Virus record (IMG/VR): IMGVR_UViG_3300024339_000015
Reading direction: 5' to 3' (one strand)
Source of the DNA: a virus
Length of the DNA: 64,000 nt
How positions within the stretch are numbered: the first letter of the stretch is position 1; each line of letters starts with the position of its first letter. Below are positions 1 to 10,520 of the stretch, piece by piece. The position numbers and the translations under genes are program-made. The notes beneath the pieces were generated by a model that saw nothing but the letters and a program-made list of their open reading frames with translations, was not told where the DNA came from and made no database searches.

Positions 1-489
1 ATCCGGTTTAGTTGGTTTAGGTAATGCGTTTAGCCTATTAAAATCGCTAAAGGGACGTTCATGCTTTAAGGCAGGTGATACGCCTGTAAACTTACGCCCT
101 TCTAAGAGTGCGTCCATGGAAGCCCTACGGGCTGGTGTATCGAACCTTCGTGCTGGACTCAGTAATTTAGTATTAAGTGGTTCAGTCGCAAATTTAGCGT
201 ACGCCCCGGTAGGGGGCCCGGTGGGGGTAAGATGCTTGGGATAAGCCCGCCCTTCTAAGAGTGCGTCCATGGAAGCCCTACGGGCTGGTGTATCGAACCT
301 TCGTGCTGGACTCAGTAATTTAGTATTAAGTGGTTCAGTCGCAAATTTAGCGTACGCCCCGGTAGGGGGCCCGGTGGGGGTAAGATGCTTGGGATAAGCC
401 CGCCCCTTCTTCATAAGTCGTAACATTCGACGTATTACGCTAGCCCCTGATGCTACTTTATTAAAAACTACTTCTGATTTTTCTCTCAT
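1..489 (-). CDS. Probable virion/internal head protein, partial (runs off window), with a duplicated 51-aa segment
   Basis: Manually translated: ATG at 489 after GAGGGAG RBS, MREKSEVVFNKVAS..., open to position 1; absent from the ORF track because it has no stop in the window. Confidence 0.7.
   Translation of the reverse strand, partial: MREKSEVVFNKVASGASVIRRMLRLMKKGRAYPKHLTPTGPPTGAYAKFATEPLNTKLLSPARRFDTPARRASMDALLEGRAYPKHLTPTGPPTGAYAKFATEPLNTKLLSPARRFDTPARRASMDALLEGRKFTGVSPALKHERPFSDFNRLNALPKPTKPD
95..400. repeat. Exact tandem repeat, 2 x 153 bp (95-247, 248-400)
   Basis: Identical copies starting cgcccttctaagagtg; 153 nt = 51 codons, frame preserved. Confidence 0.95.
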
Positions 490-841
490 TGTTTGCTCCC
501 TCGTTGTTAAGCCTTTATAAGGCTGTTTTAAAAAATTCCAAAAAAATTCTCTATATGCAATTTACCAGGTGAAAACTAATCTGCGGAAGATGTGGTGTTT
601 TGCATGGGGGGTGTACCTGGTACCCTATTCCCTTAAGATCAAGCACCCCACCTCTACCTAGGTAGTTATGCGTGCGTCCTTAAGCTCCTCATCTACGTCA
701 TCTATAGCCCAGCCCTTTTTATGGCCGCATGCATCACACTGCCAAGCCCTTCGTAGTATGCATATAATTACTAAATGAGCCATTTTGTCGCATTTACTGC
801 ATTTTTTAGTGTAATTTATGCCCATATTTGCCCATTTTTTA

Positions 842-853
842 TGGTATAAGAAT
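842..853 (+). promoter_or_regulatory. TGGTATAAGAAT motif (putative early promoter)
   Basis: Copy of a motif found 9-10 times in intergenic DNA, always on the + strand. Confidence 0.5.
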
Positions 854-922
854 AGTATGTTAATAACATATTCTTTTATATACCCTTCATGCCCTTTTTA
901 TAAGCCTCTATTTTTTTTTACA

Positions 923-1294
923 TTAAGAATTAGCATAATTCCCCGATATCCCGCACTCGTCTTGTAAGTCATTTCACATAACACTGTCCATTGCCTCTCG
1001 TGACTTAAATACAAACTTCTTTCCATTATGGTCTAATCTAGTGATAAAACCACATAAAATACTATACACAGCCTCATTCATAACAAAAACATGGCTACCA
1101 GAGTAGTATAACTTGTCGTATTCGCCCATTTCCTCGTTCTGCTCTACCTTAAAGGTCAATTTTACCCCATTTTCGCCTACTACCTCATACGCCGCTATAC
1201 GTGTATAAGGGCCTTTTACGTCATCTATAAACAAAAGAGCATCCAAAAGTACTTCAGATGCCTTCGATGTGATGAATATTGGGGCTTCAAGCAT
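923..1294 (-). CDS. HesB/IscA-fold-like protein (123 aa if TGA 974-976 is read as Trp)
   Basis: Spacing of IFITSKASE...TRIA...FVMNE...FVFK resembles IscA/HesB; readthrough adds WNDLQDECGISGNYANS up to TAA 923-925. Confidence 0.4.
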
Positions 1295-1361
1295 ATTAGT
1301 TAATTAAAGTTGAGTGAATTGATACAAAATTATAGATTTGCTCTGTTCGTGCGAAACCAGG

Positions 1362-1847
1362 TTAATCTGACTCCATGGTGCTAAGAGCTCCTAATCCGAT
1401 AGCTCCAGCCAATCCTTTGTCAGCATGTCTTGCTAAAAGTCTTTCTAACGGCTCATTCTTATCTTTTAGAAGCTCTATTAGCTTTGCTTCTCGTTTACTG
1501 TCTATAGTGCTTTGTATGCCTTCCATCCGTCTATATTTCTTACTATTACCGTGCAAGTTGGCCCCCCTTGCTGAGCTGTATGCCTTAGAGACTCTGTCAG
1601 TATTGCGATCATACTGGTGTGCCCATGTTGGGTTATCTTTCATCAAAGCATCTATTTTGTGGCCTCTAGTCCTTTCTAACGCTTCGTCAGAATACTTAGC
1701 GTAATCTCCGCCATCTGACAGCATCTTCCATAGCCTTCCAACAATAGAGTCACTTAAGCCTTCTCTAACTAAGGCACTTCGACCTCCTGCTCGTTTTTCA
1801 AGTTCACTTATAAACCCATCTTGCCTTGCTTTTTCATAATTATTCAT
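1362..1847 (-). CDS. Hypothetical virion protein (ELEKRA motif)
   Basis: ORF track, RBS, TAA stop, N-terminal K-x-A motif. Confidence 0.7.
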   Translation of the reverse strand: MNNYEKARQDGFISELEKRAGGRSALVREGLSDSIVGRLWKMLSDGGDYAKYSDEALERTRGHKIDALMKDNPTWAHQYDRNTDRVSKAYSSARGANLHGNSKKYRRMEGIQSTIDSKREAKLIELLKDKNEPLERLLARHADKGLAGAIGLGALSTMESD

Positions 1848-1858
1848 TTTTATTTCTC

Positions 1859-3544
1859 CTATTGGTCAGCTACAACAGTGCCGACTTGTTTTAGTGCTAA
1901 GATTACCTCTGATAACCCGCTCATTGCACGCTGTATTGCGTCTTCTGGAATGTGGCTTTTACCCAATCTTGAAATGATAAGCATTTTAGCTAATTCAGAT
2001 AAAACCATCTCATATTGAGGAACCATGTTTACAAATTCCATGATATTGCCTTTATTTACCATACCTAACGATAATAAAGCGTCTACTGTTGCGGAATCTT
2101 CTACTACTGCCGCCTCTTTGATTAAGTCAGGCATTATAATAGAAACTTTCTTATTAAACTCCCCCACCTTTTTAATTAACTCACTCTTGGTATCTTTCAC
2201 AGACTTTGGAGACTTAACTGGGACTTTTATATGAGCAGTACCACAATTAGCTAATTTACTGATCTCTGTTACTACGCTTTCAGGACAATTGCAGTGAATT
2301 GCTGTTCAAACAGCCTCAGTTTTTGAAAGATCTCTTATAGAATTATCTTTACCGTACTTTTCAAAATCTGGTCCAGAGAACGAGTACAGGCCTACAGAAT
2401 CTTTAAAAACAGCGTTTCCTGGTGCTTGTTTGTCCCTAATCTGAAAAGATAGGCTAGTATCAAGAGGCTGGTCCACTTCCACAAACTTTGCGTTTCCTGG
2501 TACATAGAAAGCCCCTGCAATCTTGTCATGGTCTTCAAGCTTATCTGAATGGACTCTGATAGGATAATAAGCTACTTTATCAAGCCCTGTTCATCCGACA
2601 ACTTCAAAAGTTCCATGTCCGGCAACTTTTTGCATCCCAATAACCTCAAAAGGTTTGGTCATTGTTTCTCCAACCATCCAAGCCCCGTAACTGCCTACTT
2701 TAGGCATTATTCCCTGATTAAGCTCAGCATCCTTGTTGGTGTCGTTGCTAGCAGCTTTTTCAATCTCTTCGTCCGAAGCAAATAAATTACCCATTTCTTC
2801 TCCATCAAGTATCTTAGTAGTCCAAACATAGTCTACGGAGGAATTCGCTTGTTTTACAAAACGATTTCCTAAATCGTCCGAATACACTAATTGCCTGTCA
2901 ATAGGCAAATTTCTCACCATATTTTTCATCTCTCCTTCCTCAGTCATGAACTCTTTACCTGCTAATTTCTCCAGCACTTCTCCGTGCCCATTTGTTATAA
3001 AATTATTATACAAATCTTGGTCCTCATTTATTTTCTTTAACATAGACACTACGTCATCCCTACTGACCGACGAAATTTTCTCTATAAAAGATGCGTACTT
3101 AGCAGGACGCTCTGTCCCCGACGCGTTATTAAAAACAGACTCTACAGGTGAATATTGCATGTTGCCAGAAAACAAGCTAGTCACACCTTTGGGTGGAGAC
3201 TGCGCAACCCCTTTAAAGGGGTCAGTTTTTGTCATTAATTCTTGGATTGTGAGCGGTGTCAACGGATAAACTCTTCCGTTCATTAGAATAACATCTAATG
3301 ATGACAGCTCATAATTATTTATAATAACGGGAACCGTACCGCCCGCAACTTTTAATGCACCTACTGCTGTTCCTTTCTCTATATCTTTATTAACCCATTG
3401 CACAGAAACTTCTTGATCCTGCAACATCGGGAACTGCGTAAGAAAAACGGTGACAATTTGCTTTATCCAGCGAGTATGGTCAGAGTCTAATTTAGTATTT
3501 GCAGTTTTTTCAAACCTTTGTTTCGTTACAAATAAATTAGTCAT
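1859..3544 (-). CDS. Large structural/head protein, 561 aa with two in-frame TGA (2591-2593, 2306-2308)
   Basis: ORFs 2591..3544 and 1859..2200 share one frame and are separated only by TGA codons (VVG*TGLDKVAY; EAV*TAIHC); true stop is TAG. Confidence 0.85.
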
Positions 3545-3593
3545 GTATAATTCCTCTTATTTAATTTAATACTTTATATCCCATTAACACTTC

Positions 3594-3622
3594 AATATAG
3601 TAACCACTTAAAAGTTAGTCAA
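3594..3622 (-). promoter_or_regulatory. Sigma70-like promoter TTGACT-N17-TATATT
   Basis: Hexamers and 17-nt spacer read directly upstream of the 3544 gene. Confidence 0.65.
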
Positions 3623-3638
3623 GTGTTAATTGTCCTAA

Positions 3639-4346
3639 CTATGGTTCTAACGATTCTACTCTTGCTGTGAGCGCGTCTATCTGGTCTTTTAGTAGCTCAT
3701 ACACTGCAGCTGCTATTACAGCATCTTTGTGGTCGTCAGAAAACCATTCCCCCTTTTCTGGCACTGTAACGCTTATTGGGATGGTTGACTCCTCGTCCTC
3801 ACTTTCTTTAGGGTTCCCGTGTGATTCTTTACTGTGGCTGACATTCTCGTACCCGGCAGGAATTTTGCCTGCATCGACCAACATTTGCCAGTCTTGGTCA
3901 GAAAGAGCTTCTTTAACTACTTTAAAGACTTCTACTGTATCCGTGTACTCGGCAACTTGGTTCCAATACGTCGGAGGGCTTCCTTGCACATCCTCATCAT
4001 TAATAGCTAAAGGAAAAGTTTCCATTATCCTGTCATCTGTAGGAAGTCCGGTTAATGAATACTCTATTATGCCTGATACCATCATTATGTACTCGTAGTC
4101 GTTAGTACCTACTATGGCGTGCATTTTTGGTACACTCTCCGTGGCAAGTTCCCCTGTATCCTCCCATATGTTGTTATTGGTCTCTGTAGATGTAGTAAGC
4201 TCACACCTTAATAATGTAGCTGTAACAGTCTTACCGGGTATAACCTCACTGGACAATGCCCCCTCGGACAAAACATTGCTGTTACTATAATACTCATTAG
4301 CTATCTCTCTAGCTTTACTCGCCAGAGCTTCTCTTGATACGCTCAT
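3639..4346 (-). CDS. Tail-associated protein with C-terminal coiled coil (fibre chaperone-like)
   Basis: C-terminus YELLKDQIDALTARVESLE; follows baseplate genes; TAATG coupling. Confidence 0.5.
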   Translation of the reverse strand: MSVSREALASKAREIANEYYSNSNVLSEGALSSEVIPGKTVTATLLRCELTTSTETNNNIWEDTGELATESVPKMHAIVGTNDYEYIMMVSGIIEYSLTGLPTDDRIMETFPLAINDEDVQGSPPTYWNQVAEYTDTVEVFKVVKEALSDQDWQMLVDAGKIPAGYENVSHSKESHGNPKESEDEESTIPISVTVPEKGEWFSDDHKDAVIAAAVYELLKDQIDALTARVESLEP

Positions 4347-4798
4347 TACTTAATCCACTGCTTCACAGCAATTGGTGGAACAAATGCACTTTCATCTGTA
4401 TTTGCTGGGCCCGCAGTAAGATTCAACATGTCGAATGATGATAGTACAGCAGTGCCCGGGGATATTGTAACCTGTGCTGCTGGACTTCCAGCGGTGCTAA
4501 TTCCAGGCAAAACAGTGACTGAGGATGCTAAAGGTTTGGCAGAATGGCCGACAACAGTATTAAAGGAAAACTCCGCATCTTTCTGTATGTGCTTTATAAC
4601 TCCTTCTGCGATTGCTTCTATTAAATGCTTTAACTCGTCGGGCGGGCTACTTCCGCCCCAATCTACAGTATAAGGCTGTACCGCCGGAATAGCTTCCATA
4701 CTTCCGTCCTCTTTTGGAACAAATCCTTGAGGTACGCTATGAGTTTTCATGCCTAAAATACTTATTATATAATTTACTAGAGTATCTTTTTTTAACAT
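4346..4798 (-). CDS. Baseplate-associated hypothetical protein
   Basis: ORF track; adjacent to the spike gene. Confidence 0.6.
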   Translation of the reverse strand: MLKKDTLVNYIISILGMKTHSVPQGFVPKEDGSMEAIPAVQPYTVDWGGSSPPDELKHLIEAIAEGVIKHIQKDAEFSFNTVVGHSAKPLASSVTVLPGISTAGSPAAQVTISPGTAVLSSFDMLNLTAGPANTDESAFVPPIAVKQWIK

Positions 4799-4801
4799 TT
4801 T

Positions 4802-6535
4802 TTACTCCGCTTTTAAAATTGATGTGAAATTTGATATAGGAAAATGAGGCGCAGTTATGTCTGGCATCGGTATAGGAGGTGATGGTGGTCCTACTGCTGC
4901 TGTAGGGTGAACATGGCTATTAAACAAATTCATTACCCAAGACTTGGTTACTAACTGCTGTACTCCGGATTCGTCTGCACCTAACACTCCGATTAAGACT
5001 TCGCTAGTAGGTGCATTAGCAACCCCTCCGGCACTTATTCTTACAGTAGAATGTACTTCACTATTTTCTAACTCTATCTTCGCTTCCCCTCCTGCAATTA
5101 GCCCTGTAGACGACAAAACATACTTAGCGCCGGCCAAGCTGCTGGTATATTCTTTTGTCAACTTTGCTGACGGTGCTTCTTTTATACCGTTCAGCACCTC
5201 TGATTTGTACAAAAAAGGTGCTAAAGTAGGGCCCCCTCCTAATTGTCTTGTGTAAGATAGTCCTCCAGCAAGTAAAGGATCGTAAGAGTGGATTCTGTGA
5301 CGCCAAACACTTCCGTACAGATCATTGCCTACTAATAGAACTGAGTCCAGGACCCCAAAGGACTCTGAATAAGCTCTCTCAGCTTTGTCTACTGTATCAG
5401 ACGAGTATGACTCGCCTTCTCCTAGCGGGTCAACTACAGCAAGACCGTATGGAACCCCATAGTTTAGCCCATCCAATACTTGATGTTTAAATATTTCCCC
5501 ACTTACTGGCTCTCCGCCAGGTACTGATGTAGGCGATGCGTCAGGAAATTTTGTCCCATAATCCCCCTCATATTTACCGTATCTCCACACATACGACGAG
5601 ACATTGAGAGGTACATTCCTTTTTGCGGATACCTCTATCATAGTTCCACCGGGTTTCCATGTAGTCCCTGAATAAGGGAAATGTTCCCCCTGATACCCCA
5701 GCTTGAAGTTAGTTACTGTATCTTTCTGCGTTGAAACTGCCCCAGTAGATTGCCTAGTATCGACTTCGTAGGTATGAGTCGGTTGCCCGTAGTATCCGTG
5801 AGACTTGTTTGATACTTGGCCTGCCCTAATAACAGCTTTTCCTACATAATTACTTATTAGAGGTATTTGACCTACCTCCTCTGTTCCTAAGTCAGACTGT
5901 ATAGATGATACATCACTCTCCCTTTTCGACTCTTTCCTCTGAGTGAACACGGCCATGTGCCTAGTCCTACTTTCCGTAGACAGGGGAGTCGAGGCATTCT
6001 CTTCAAAAATATCTGACTGAAAACCTGTGGACGAAATTTTATTGTAATTTTTAGCTGAGATGTCAACTTTCTCTAGCCTGGCGTTGATCTTTATATTAGA
6101 GAACTGACCTGCCATCAGTTTTATGACACCAGACTTTGTCTGCCCTATGACTGTTTTAAACTTACCTCCAATTTTAGTAAAAAACCCGCCAATACCTGGT
6201 TTCTCTGGCGCTAAGTTACCAAATACACTCATCCCGGGCAAAGCTATGTAAGTAAGTATCTGAGCAATATCCAAATCTTCGCTCTCAAATATTAAACACT
6301 GAGCCCCAGGCTCTGGTATAGAAACAGCTCCAGACCCATAGTCATCGACGGGAATAGGAGACGGGGGGTTTACTTCTCTGGGCGGAGTATCTATTGGAAT
6401 GCCTACCTCCCTTATCCATATCTTTGCGTGGCCTGCGTTTGCTGTCCCTCTCGGAGGATTGTCGACGCTAGTAACGGATGCCCTGAAAACTCTAGACTTA
6501 ATTTTATTCTTACTTTTTTCTCTAAGTATTTCCAT
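4802..6535 (-). CDS. Baseplate hub/central spike protein (gp5/gpV-like)
   Basis: Probable N-terminal OB-fold-like region, beta-rich body, C-terminal FNSHVHP metal-binding tip motif. Confidence 0.65.
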   Translation of the reverse strand: MEILREKSKNKIKSRVFRASVTSVDNPPRGTANAGHAKIWIREVGIPIDTPPREVNPPSPIPVDDYGSGAVSIPEPGAQCLIFESEDLDIAQILTYIALPGMSVFGNLAPEKPGIGGFFTKIGGKFKTVIGQTKSGVIKLMAGQFSNIKINARLEKVDISAKNYNKISSTGFQSDIFEENASTPLSTESRTRHMAVFTQRKESKRESDVSSIQSDLGTEEVGQIPLISNYVGKAVIRAGQVSNKSHGYYGQPTHTYEVDTRQSTGAVSTQKDTVTNFKLGYQGEHFPYSGTTWKPGGTMIEVSAKRNVPLNVSSYVWRYGKYEGDYGTKFPDASPTSVPGGEPVSGEIFKHQVLDGLNYGVPYGLAVVDPLGEGESYSSDTVDKAERAYSESFGVLDSVLLVGNDLYGSVWRHRIHSYDPLLAGGLSYTRQLGGGPTLAPFLYKSEVLNGIKEAPSAKLTKEYTSSLAGAKYVLSSTGLIAGGEAKIELENSEVHSTVRISAGGVANAPTSEVLIGVLGADESGVQQLVTKSWVMNLFNSHVHPTAAVGPPSPPIPMPDITAPHFPISNFTSILKAE

Positions 6536-6576
6536 AGCTTAGTATAGCTATAAAAACACAACAAATCAACATATTC

Positions 6577-6587
6577 TGGTATAAGAA
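6577..6587 (+). promoter_or_regulatory. TGGTATAAGAA motif at the strand switch
   Basis: Intergenic, upstream of the first + strand genes. Confidence 0.6.
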
Positions 6588-6653
6588 AAGTATGAACCTT
6601 AGCATTAGAATGAGTTCTAAAACGCAAGGTTTCTCAATAACTAAGGAGTAAAC

Positions 6654-6770
6654 ATGAAAAAAATCGTTTCAGTAGTATACCGGGGCAGGCTCGTATCTGT
6701 TACAGTACCACCAAAGGCAACGAAATTCCAGATTGCTAAAGCAACCAGAGACATGCTGTTCGGAAAATAA
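6654..6770 (+). CDS. Small hypothetical protein (38 aa)
   Basis: AAGGAG RBS, MKKIVSVVYRG... Confidence 0.6.
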   Translation: MKKIVSVVYRGRLVSVTVPPKATKFQIAKATRDMLFGK

Positions 6771-6811
6771 GGCATTAGCCTTATTTTAATTTAAAATACA
6801 AAGGAGTTAAC

Positions 6812-7168
6812 ATGGAAGATATACATATAAAAATACAAAAAGACTTGTCACTTTCAAAAGATGATATAGATAACATTGTCGCAGGAGCCTTAGAAGGGGG
6901 GATAACTTATTGGTGTACCAAAGCTAAAGTAGTCAATAAGGAGTACAAAGGCGGAGAATTCACCAATAGTGTGGTATCACGGGGAGGATCAATAGAACTT
7001 TACGAAGATGATGGATCCTTCAAAGTTCTAGACCTGGAAAAGTTAAAGAAAGGGATTAAGACATATTACGAAACTAATAAGCGCCCATTCGACATAGATG
7101 ACATGGACGCAGATGACTACGACGTGATAATTCAATTAGCAGTATTCGATGAGGTAGTATATGGGTAA
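6812..7168 (+). CDS. Phage hypothetical protein (ALEGGITYW)
   Basis: ORF track, AAGGAG RBS. Confidence 0.75.
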   Translation: MEDIHIKIQKDLSLSKDDIDNIVAGALEGGITYWCTKAKVVNKEYKGGEFTNSVVSRGGSIELYEDDGSFKVLDLEKLKKGIKTYYETNKRPFDIDDMDADDYDVIIQLAVFDEVVYG

Positions 7169-7403
7169 ATTTTCAAATAAATACCAGGCAATTAAAGATA
7201 GACACAGAGATGTCCTATTGCTAGGTATTCAACTAGTAGTTGCAGGACTGCTAGTTTATTTTTTAGCACCAGTAGTGTTCTCAGCAATCCAACTCCTAGG
7301 AGTTTTCCTCAGCTATATAATAACAATTGGCTTAGTAATAGCACTTTTTATATTCGTAATTGAGAAGGGAAGCGATAAATCACCTTTCAAGTGGATGCAC
7401 TGA
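7161..7403 (+). CDS. Small membrane protein
   Basis: Two hydrophobic segments; ends in TGA. Confidence 0.65.
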   Translation: MGKFSNKYQAIKDRHRDVLLLGIQLVVAGLLVYFLAPVVFSAIQLLGVFLSYIITIGLVIALFIFVIEKGSDKSPFKWMH

Positions 7404-7591
7404 ACATTAAATTGGGTGCCATTGGCGGTGATTGTTCACTTATAGTTGCTTACATAACGACTACAGATTTTTAATCTATTCTTGTAAGCAACTATCTTAC
7501 TTAGCACCAGTTACAAAACACTTTCAGAGTATTTAACAGGAGCTAACATATCTATGACCACTATAGTTGCTGATAACCCCGTAAATGTGAG

Positions 7592-8086
7592 TTTACCACG
7601 TTTTTATGCAACTTACTACAACTTTACCACGCATTTACCACAGATTTACCACGGACACCTTTAGGTACCTATACCGAACAATAAAAGCATTTACAGTACC
7701 TAACATAACCTACTCCTTTGTACTTACCACGTGTTTCGAGCACTAGCACCCTAGGGTAGGACAAAAACACATTGTTTTTTATTTTTTATTCTCCACACGT
7801 AGTGCTTGTTTATAAAAGCGTAGTAAATATCATGTATTGTATAGTAGTTATAGTATAAGTTATGTATTATATAGTATATATATTCCCTCTTTTTTTACTT
7901 GAAAGGATCAGACTTAAAACCGGTAATATCAACAGTTACACCTTATTCACAACAACCTAAGTTCCGCACTAACTTAGGCAATAACAACAGTTACAACGGT
8001 TACTTACAATTTTTTGTAGTAAATAGCCAAAAAAGCGTAGTAAACCCGTGGTAAACGTGTAGTAAACCACTCAAAAACGTAGTAAA
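7592..8086. repeat. Two oppositely oriented clusters of TTTACYACR iterons (candidate replication origin)
   Basis: Forward copies at 7592, 7623, 7634, 7645, 7724; reverse copies at 7819, 8015, 8036, 8047, 8058, 8078; 11-bp period inside each triplet; non-coding. Confidence 0.75.
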
Positions 8087-8091
8087 TACCA

Positions 8092-8123
8092 ACAATTACA
8101 CAATTACACAATTACACAATTAC
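8092..8123. repeat. Tandem repeat (ACAATTAC)x4
   Basis: Read directly. Confidence 0.9.
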
Positions 8124-8144
8124 TAATAACCCAAGGTACCCAAC

Positions 8145-8378
8145 ATGAATAAACAAAAACAACAGCAAGCCCAACAAGTACAAAAAATACAACATCCCAT
8201 AATGCCAGACTTAAGCGATTTGTATATTTATGAACAAAACACACAACAATCCATTAGTACTGACACTGTAAAAAATAATGTGCACGCAGATACACCCGAC
8301 TTTAATGTAATATTAGGTAAAATAGCACAAATACTAAAAAAAACGTGGTCAATAACAACTACTAATAACAACTACTAA
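8145..8378 (+). CDS. Hypothetical low-complexity protein
   Basis: ORF track; AAGGT RBS. Confidence 0.45.
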   Translation: MNKQKQQQAQQVQKIQHPIMPDLSDLYIYEQNTQQSISTDTVKNNVHADTPDFNVILGKIAQILKKTWSITTTNNNY

Positions 8379-8437
8379 TAACAACTACACAACTTCGTAG
8401 CTAGTAGTACACATGGTGCAACTGACAAGACATACTA

Positions 8438-8506
8438 ACTAAGGATAAAAACTAATGATAAAAACTAAGGATAAAAACTAAGGATAAAAACTAAGGATAA
8501 AAACTA
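8438..8506 (+). repeat. Five tandem 13-bp units ACTAAGGATAAAA containing the RBS of the AAA gene
   Basis: Units at 8438, 8451 (variant ACTAATG), 8464, 8477, 8490, then ACTA-ATG at 8507. Confidence 0.95.
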
Positions 8507-9997
8507 ATGGCAACAAAATTTGAAACAGTAAACAACTATTTAATTAAAAAATACAAGGAAAATGCTTGTGCTATGACCACAACAAGCACGACGAGTACAT
8601 TAGCAAAAGCTAAAACAAAAACAAACCTCACAACAAAAACTAAAACAACAAAAGCTACCGGCAATGCCAACACAACTTACCAAGGTGTAGACCCAAACGG
8701 CTTTGTCACTACAGAGGGCGACACCGAGCTGCAGTGGGAAATGCTGGTATCGTGGAGACATCATGCTCGCAAATACAATCAGCGCACCTTTCATATTGCA
8801 GATGTTACACCGCTGTCTCAAGACATAGTGCCCAACTGTAGTTTTGGAATCCGGCCCGTTAAGTACAAGCCAGACACAATACTGGCAGAGGATCGGCTAG
8901 GAGTATTTAAGATTACTTTTGAAGAAACTGTTAAGAACAAGTTAACAAATCAAGACAAGACAACTCAATATTATATGTATCTAGCAAAGTGGAGGACAGG
9001 AGGAGGCAACAATGCTTCAATAGAAGGAATCGCAGCCACTGAGACAAAAACATGGTACAAGTACAAAAGAATGTTAAACAAGCATCGGAGACACAATGCC
9101 AAGCCCAAGCCAGGTACTTATGTATTACGAGAGCTTGGGCAAGGAATGGTCTACTACGACCCCGTAGAAAAACCTAACAAGATTCCAACAGTGCATCCTA
9201 CTATAAAAACCTTAGACAAAGACCTAGATTTTTTCTTTAATAACGTTAGTTTATATACTCGTTATGGAATGCCAGGTACCCGGAAAGTCGCTCTCATAGG
9301 ACCACCTGGAACAGGGAAAACTTCTATGGCTTATAGAGTAGCTAGAGAGCACTCGGATAAAAAGAGTGTAGTATTTTGTACAGAGATTTCTTTACTGGCC
9401 ACACATCTAGCATCTTGTGCAAAGTACGGTGTGCCGACTATAGCTATTCTCGAAGATGCAGAGTCTGCGTTCAATGCGCAATCTCCTACGGGAGGTGCAT
9501 CATCGTCTGTCCTAAACTTTTTAGATGGCATAAATCAGAAGCCGAATAAATCAGGAGCTTACGTAATTTTTACTACTAATTTCCCTGAAGCAATAGAACC
9601 TAGGATAATACAGCGTCCTGGCCGTATTGACAAACTTCTGGAAGTCGGAACATTAAAAGGGTCAGATGCAGTAGAGTGTGCAAGAATATATTTTGAACCA
9701 GCTTTTAAGATCACAAAAACTCGAGCTAAGAAACTTGAGCCTATTGTAGATAATATGTCTGGGGCACAAATAAAGGAGTTAGCTCAATCCACCTTTTCTT
9801 ATACAGTGTCAACACGAGCTAAAAAGATAACAACAGATTTAGTGCAAGACGTCAAGGATGGCATGAAAGAAGATCTAAAAGAAGTATATAAGTATGCTGA
9901 TGACACTGACATGTTCTATCAAAAACTTATGAAGAAGATTGGTTTTGATTCTATGAAAGAAAAGTATGGGATCACTACTAAAAAACTACCTTTTTAA
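8507..9997 (+). CDS. AAA+ ATPase (single classical AAA domain)
   Basis: Walker A GPPGTGKT, Walker B ILEDAE, TTN sensor, RPGRID second region of homology. Confidence 0.9.
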   Translation: MATKFETVNNYLIKKYKENACAMTTTSTTSTLAKAKTKTNLTTKTKTTKATGNANTTYQGVDPNGFVTTEGDTELQWEMLVSWRHHARKYNQRTFHIADVTPLSQDIVPNCSFGIRPVKYKPDTILAEDRLGVFKITFEETVKNKLTNQDKTTQYYMYLAKWRTGGGNNASIEGIAATETKTWYKYKRMLNKHRRHNAKPKPGTYVLRELGQGMVYYDPVEKPNKIPTVHPTIKTLDKDLDFFFNNVSLYTRYGMPGTRKVALIGPPGTGKTSMAYRVAREHSDKKSVVFCTEISLLATHLASCAKYGVPTIAILEDAESAFNAQSPTGGASSSVLNFLDGINQKPNKSGAYVIFTTNFPEAIEPRIIQRPGRIDKLLEVGTLKGSDAVECARIYFEPAFKITKTRAKKLEPIVDNMSGAQIKELAQSTFSYTVSTRAKKITTDLVQDVKDGMKEDLKEVYKYADDTDMFYQKLMKKIGFDSMKEKYGITTKKLPF

Positions 9998-10179
9998 TGC
10001 AGGGCTCGAGTACAGGGAGACCATGCTATTAGGAAGTCATTCGACAACCTAAAAATAAAAAAAGAACCTGTACCGGAAATACAATATTCATTATGCGTCC
10101 GATAAAGCGCAGAAAAATACGATAGTAAATAAAAGTACAACAACGTACATAACAACAGTAACAAGGAACATATTATAAT

Positions 10180-10482
10180 ATGACAAATGCAACACAAGAA
10201 GCAACACAGGAAGGAATGTCCACTGGGACAGTAAAGTGGTTTAATGATAAAAAAGGCTTCGGCTTTATAACCCCTAGCATCAACTCATTAGCCACAAGCA
10301 CTACGGAAGACGGGGACGATTTAACCGTGGATGCAGATTCACGTGACTTATTCGTTCATATGAGCGAAATTCAGATGGACGGCTTCAAAACTCTTTCCGA
10401 AGGACAAGAGGTTGAATTCATAGAATCTAACGGTGAAAAAGGGCCATGTGCAACAAATGTGATCCCGGGACCACAAGCATAA
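10180..10482 (+). CDS. cspA: Cold-shock domain protein with a loop insertion
   Basis: [46 protein letters not shown]. Confidence 0.95.
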   Translation: MTNATQEATQEGMSTGTVKWFNDKKGFGFITPSINSLATSTTEDGDDLTVDADSRDLFVHMSEIQMDGFKTLSEGQEVEFIESNGEKGPCATNVIPGPQA

Positions 10483-10520
10483 AAAGTTAGAAGAAAAAGT
10501 AAAGAGATAACGTAACTGTG

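Noticed and set aside
7592-8506. Short repeats as a CRISPR array
   Set aside because: Units are 8-13 bp without unique 25-45 nt spacers; no CRISPR array was seen anywhere in the window.
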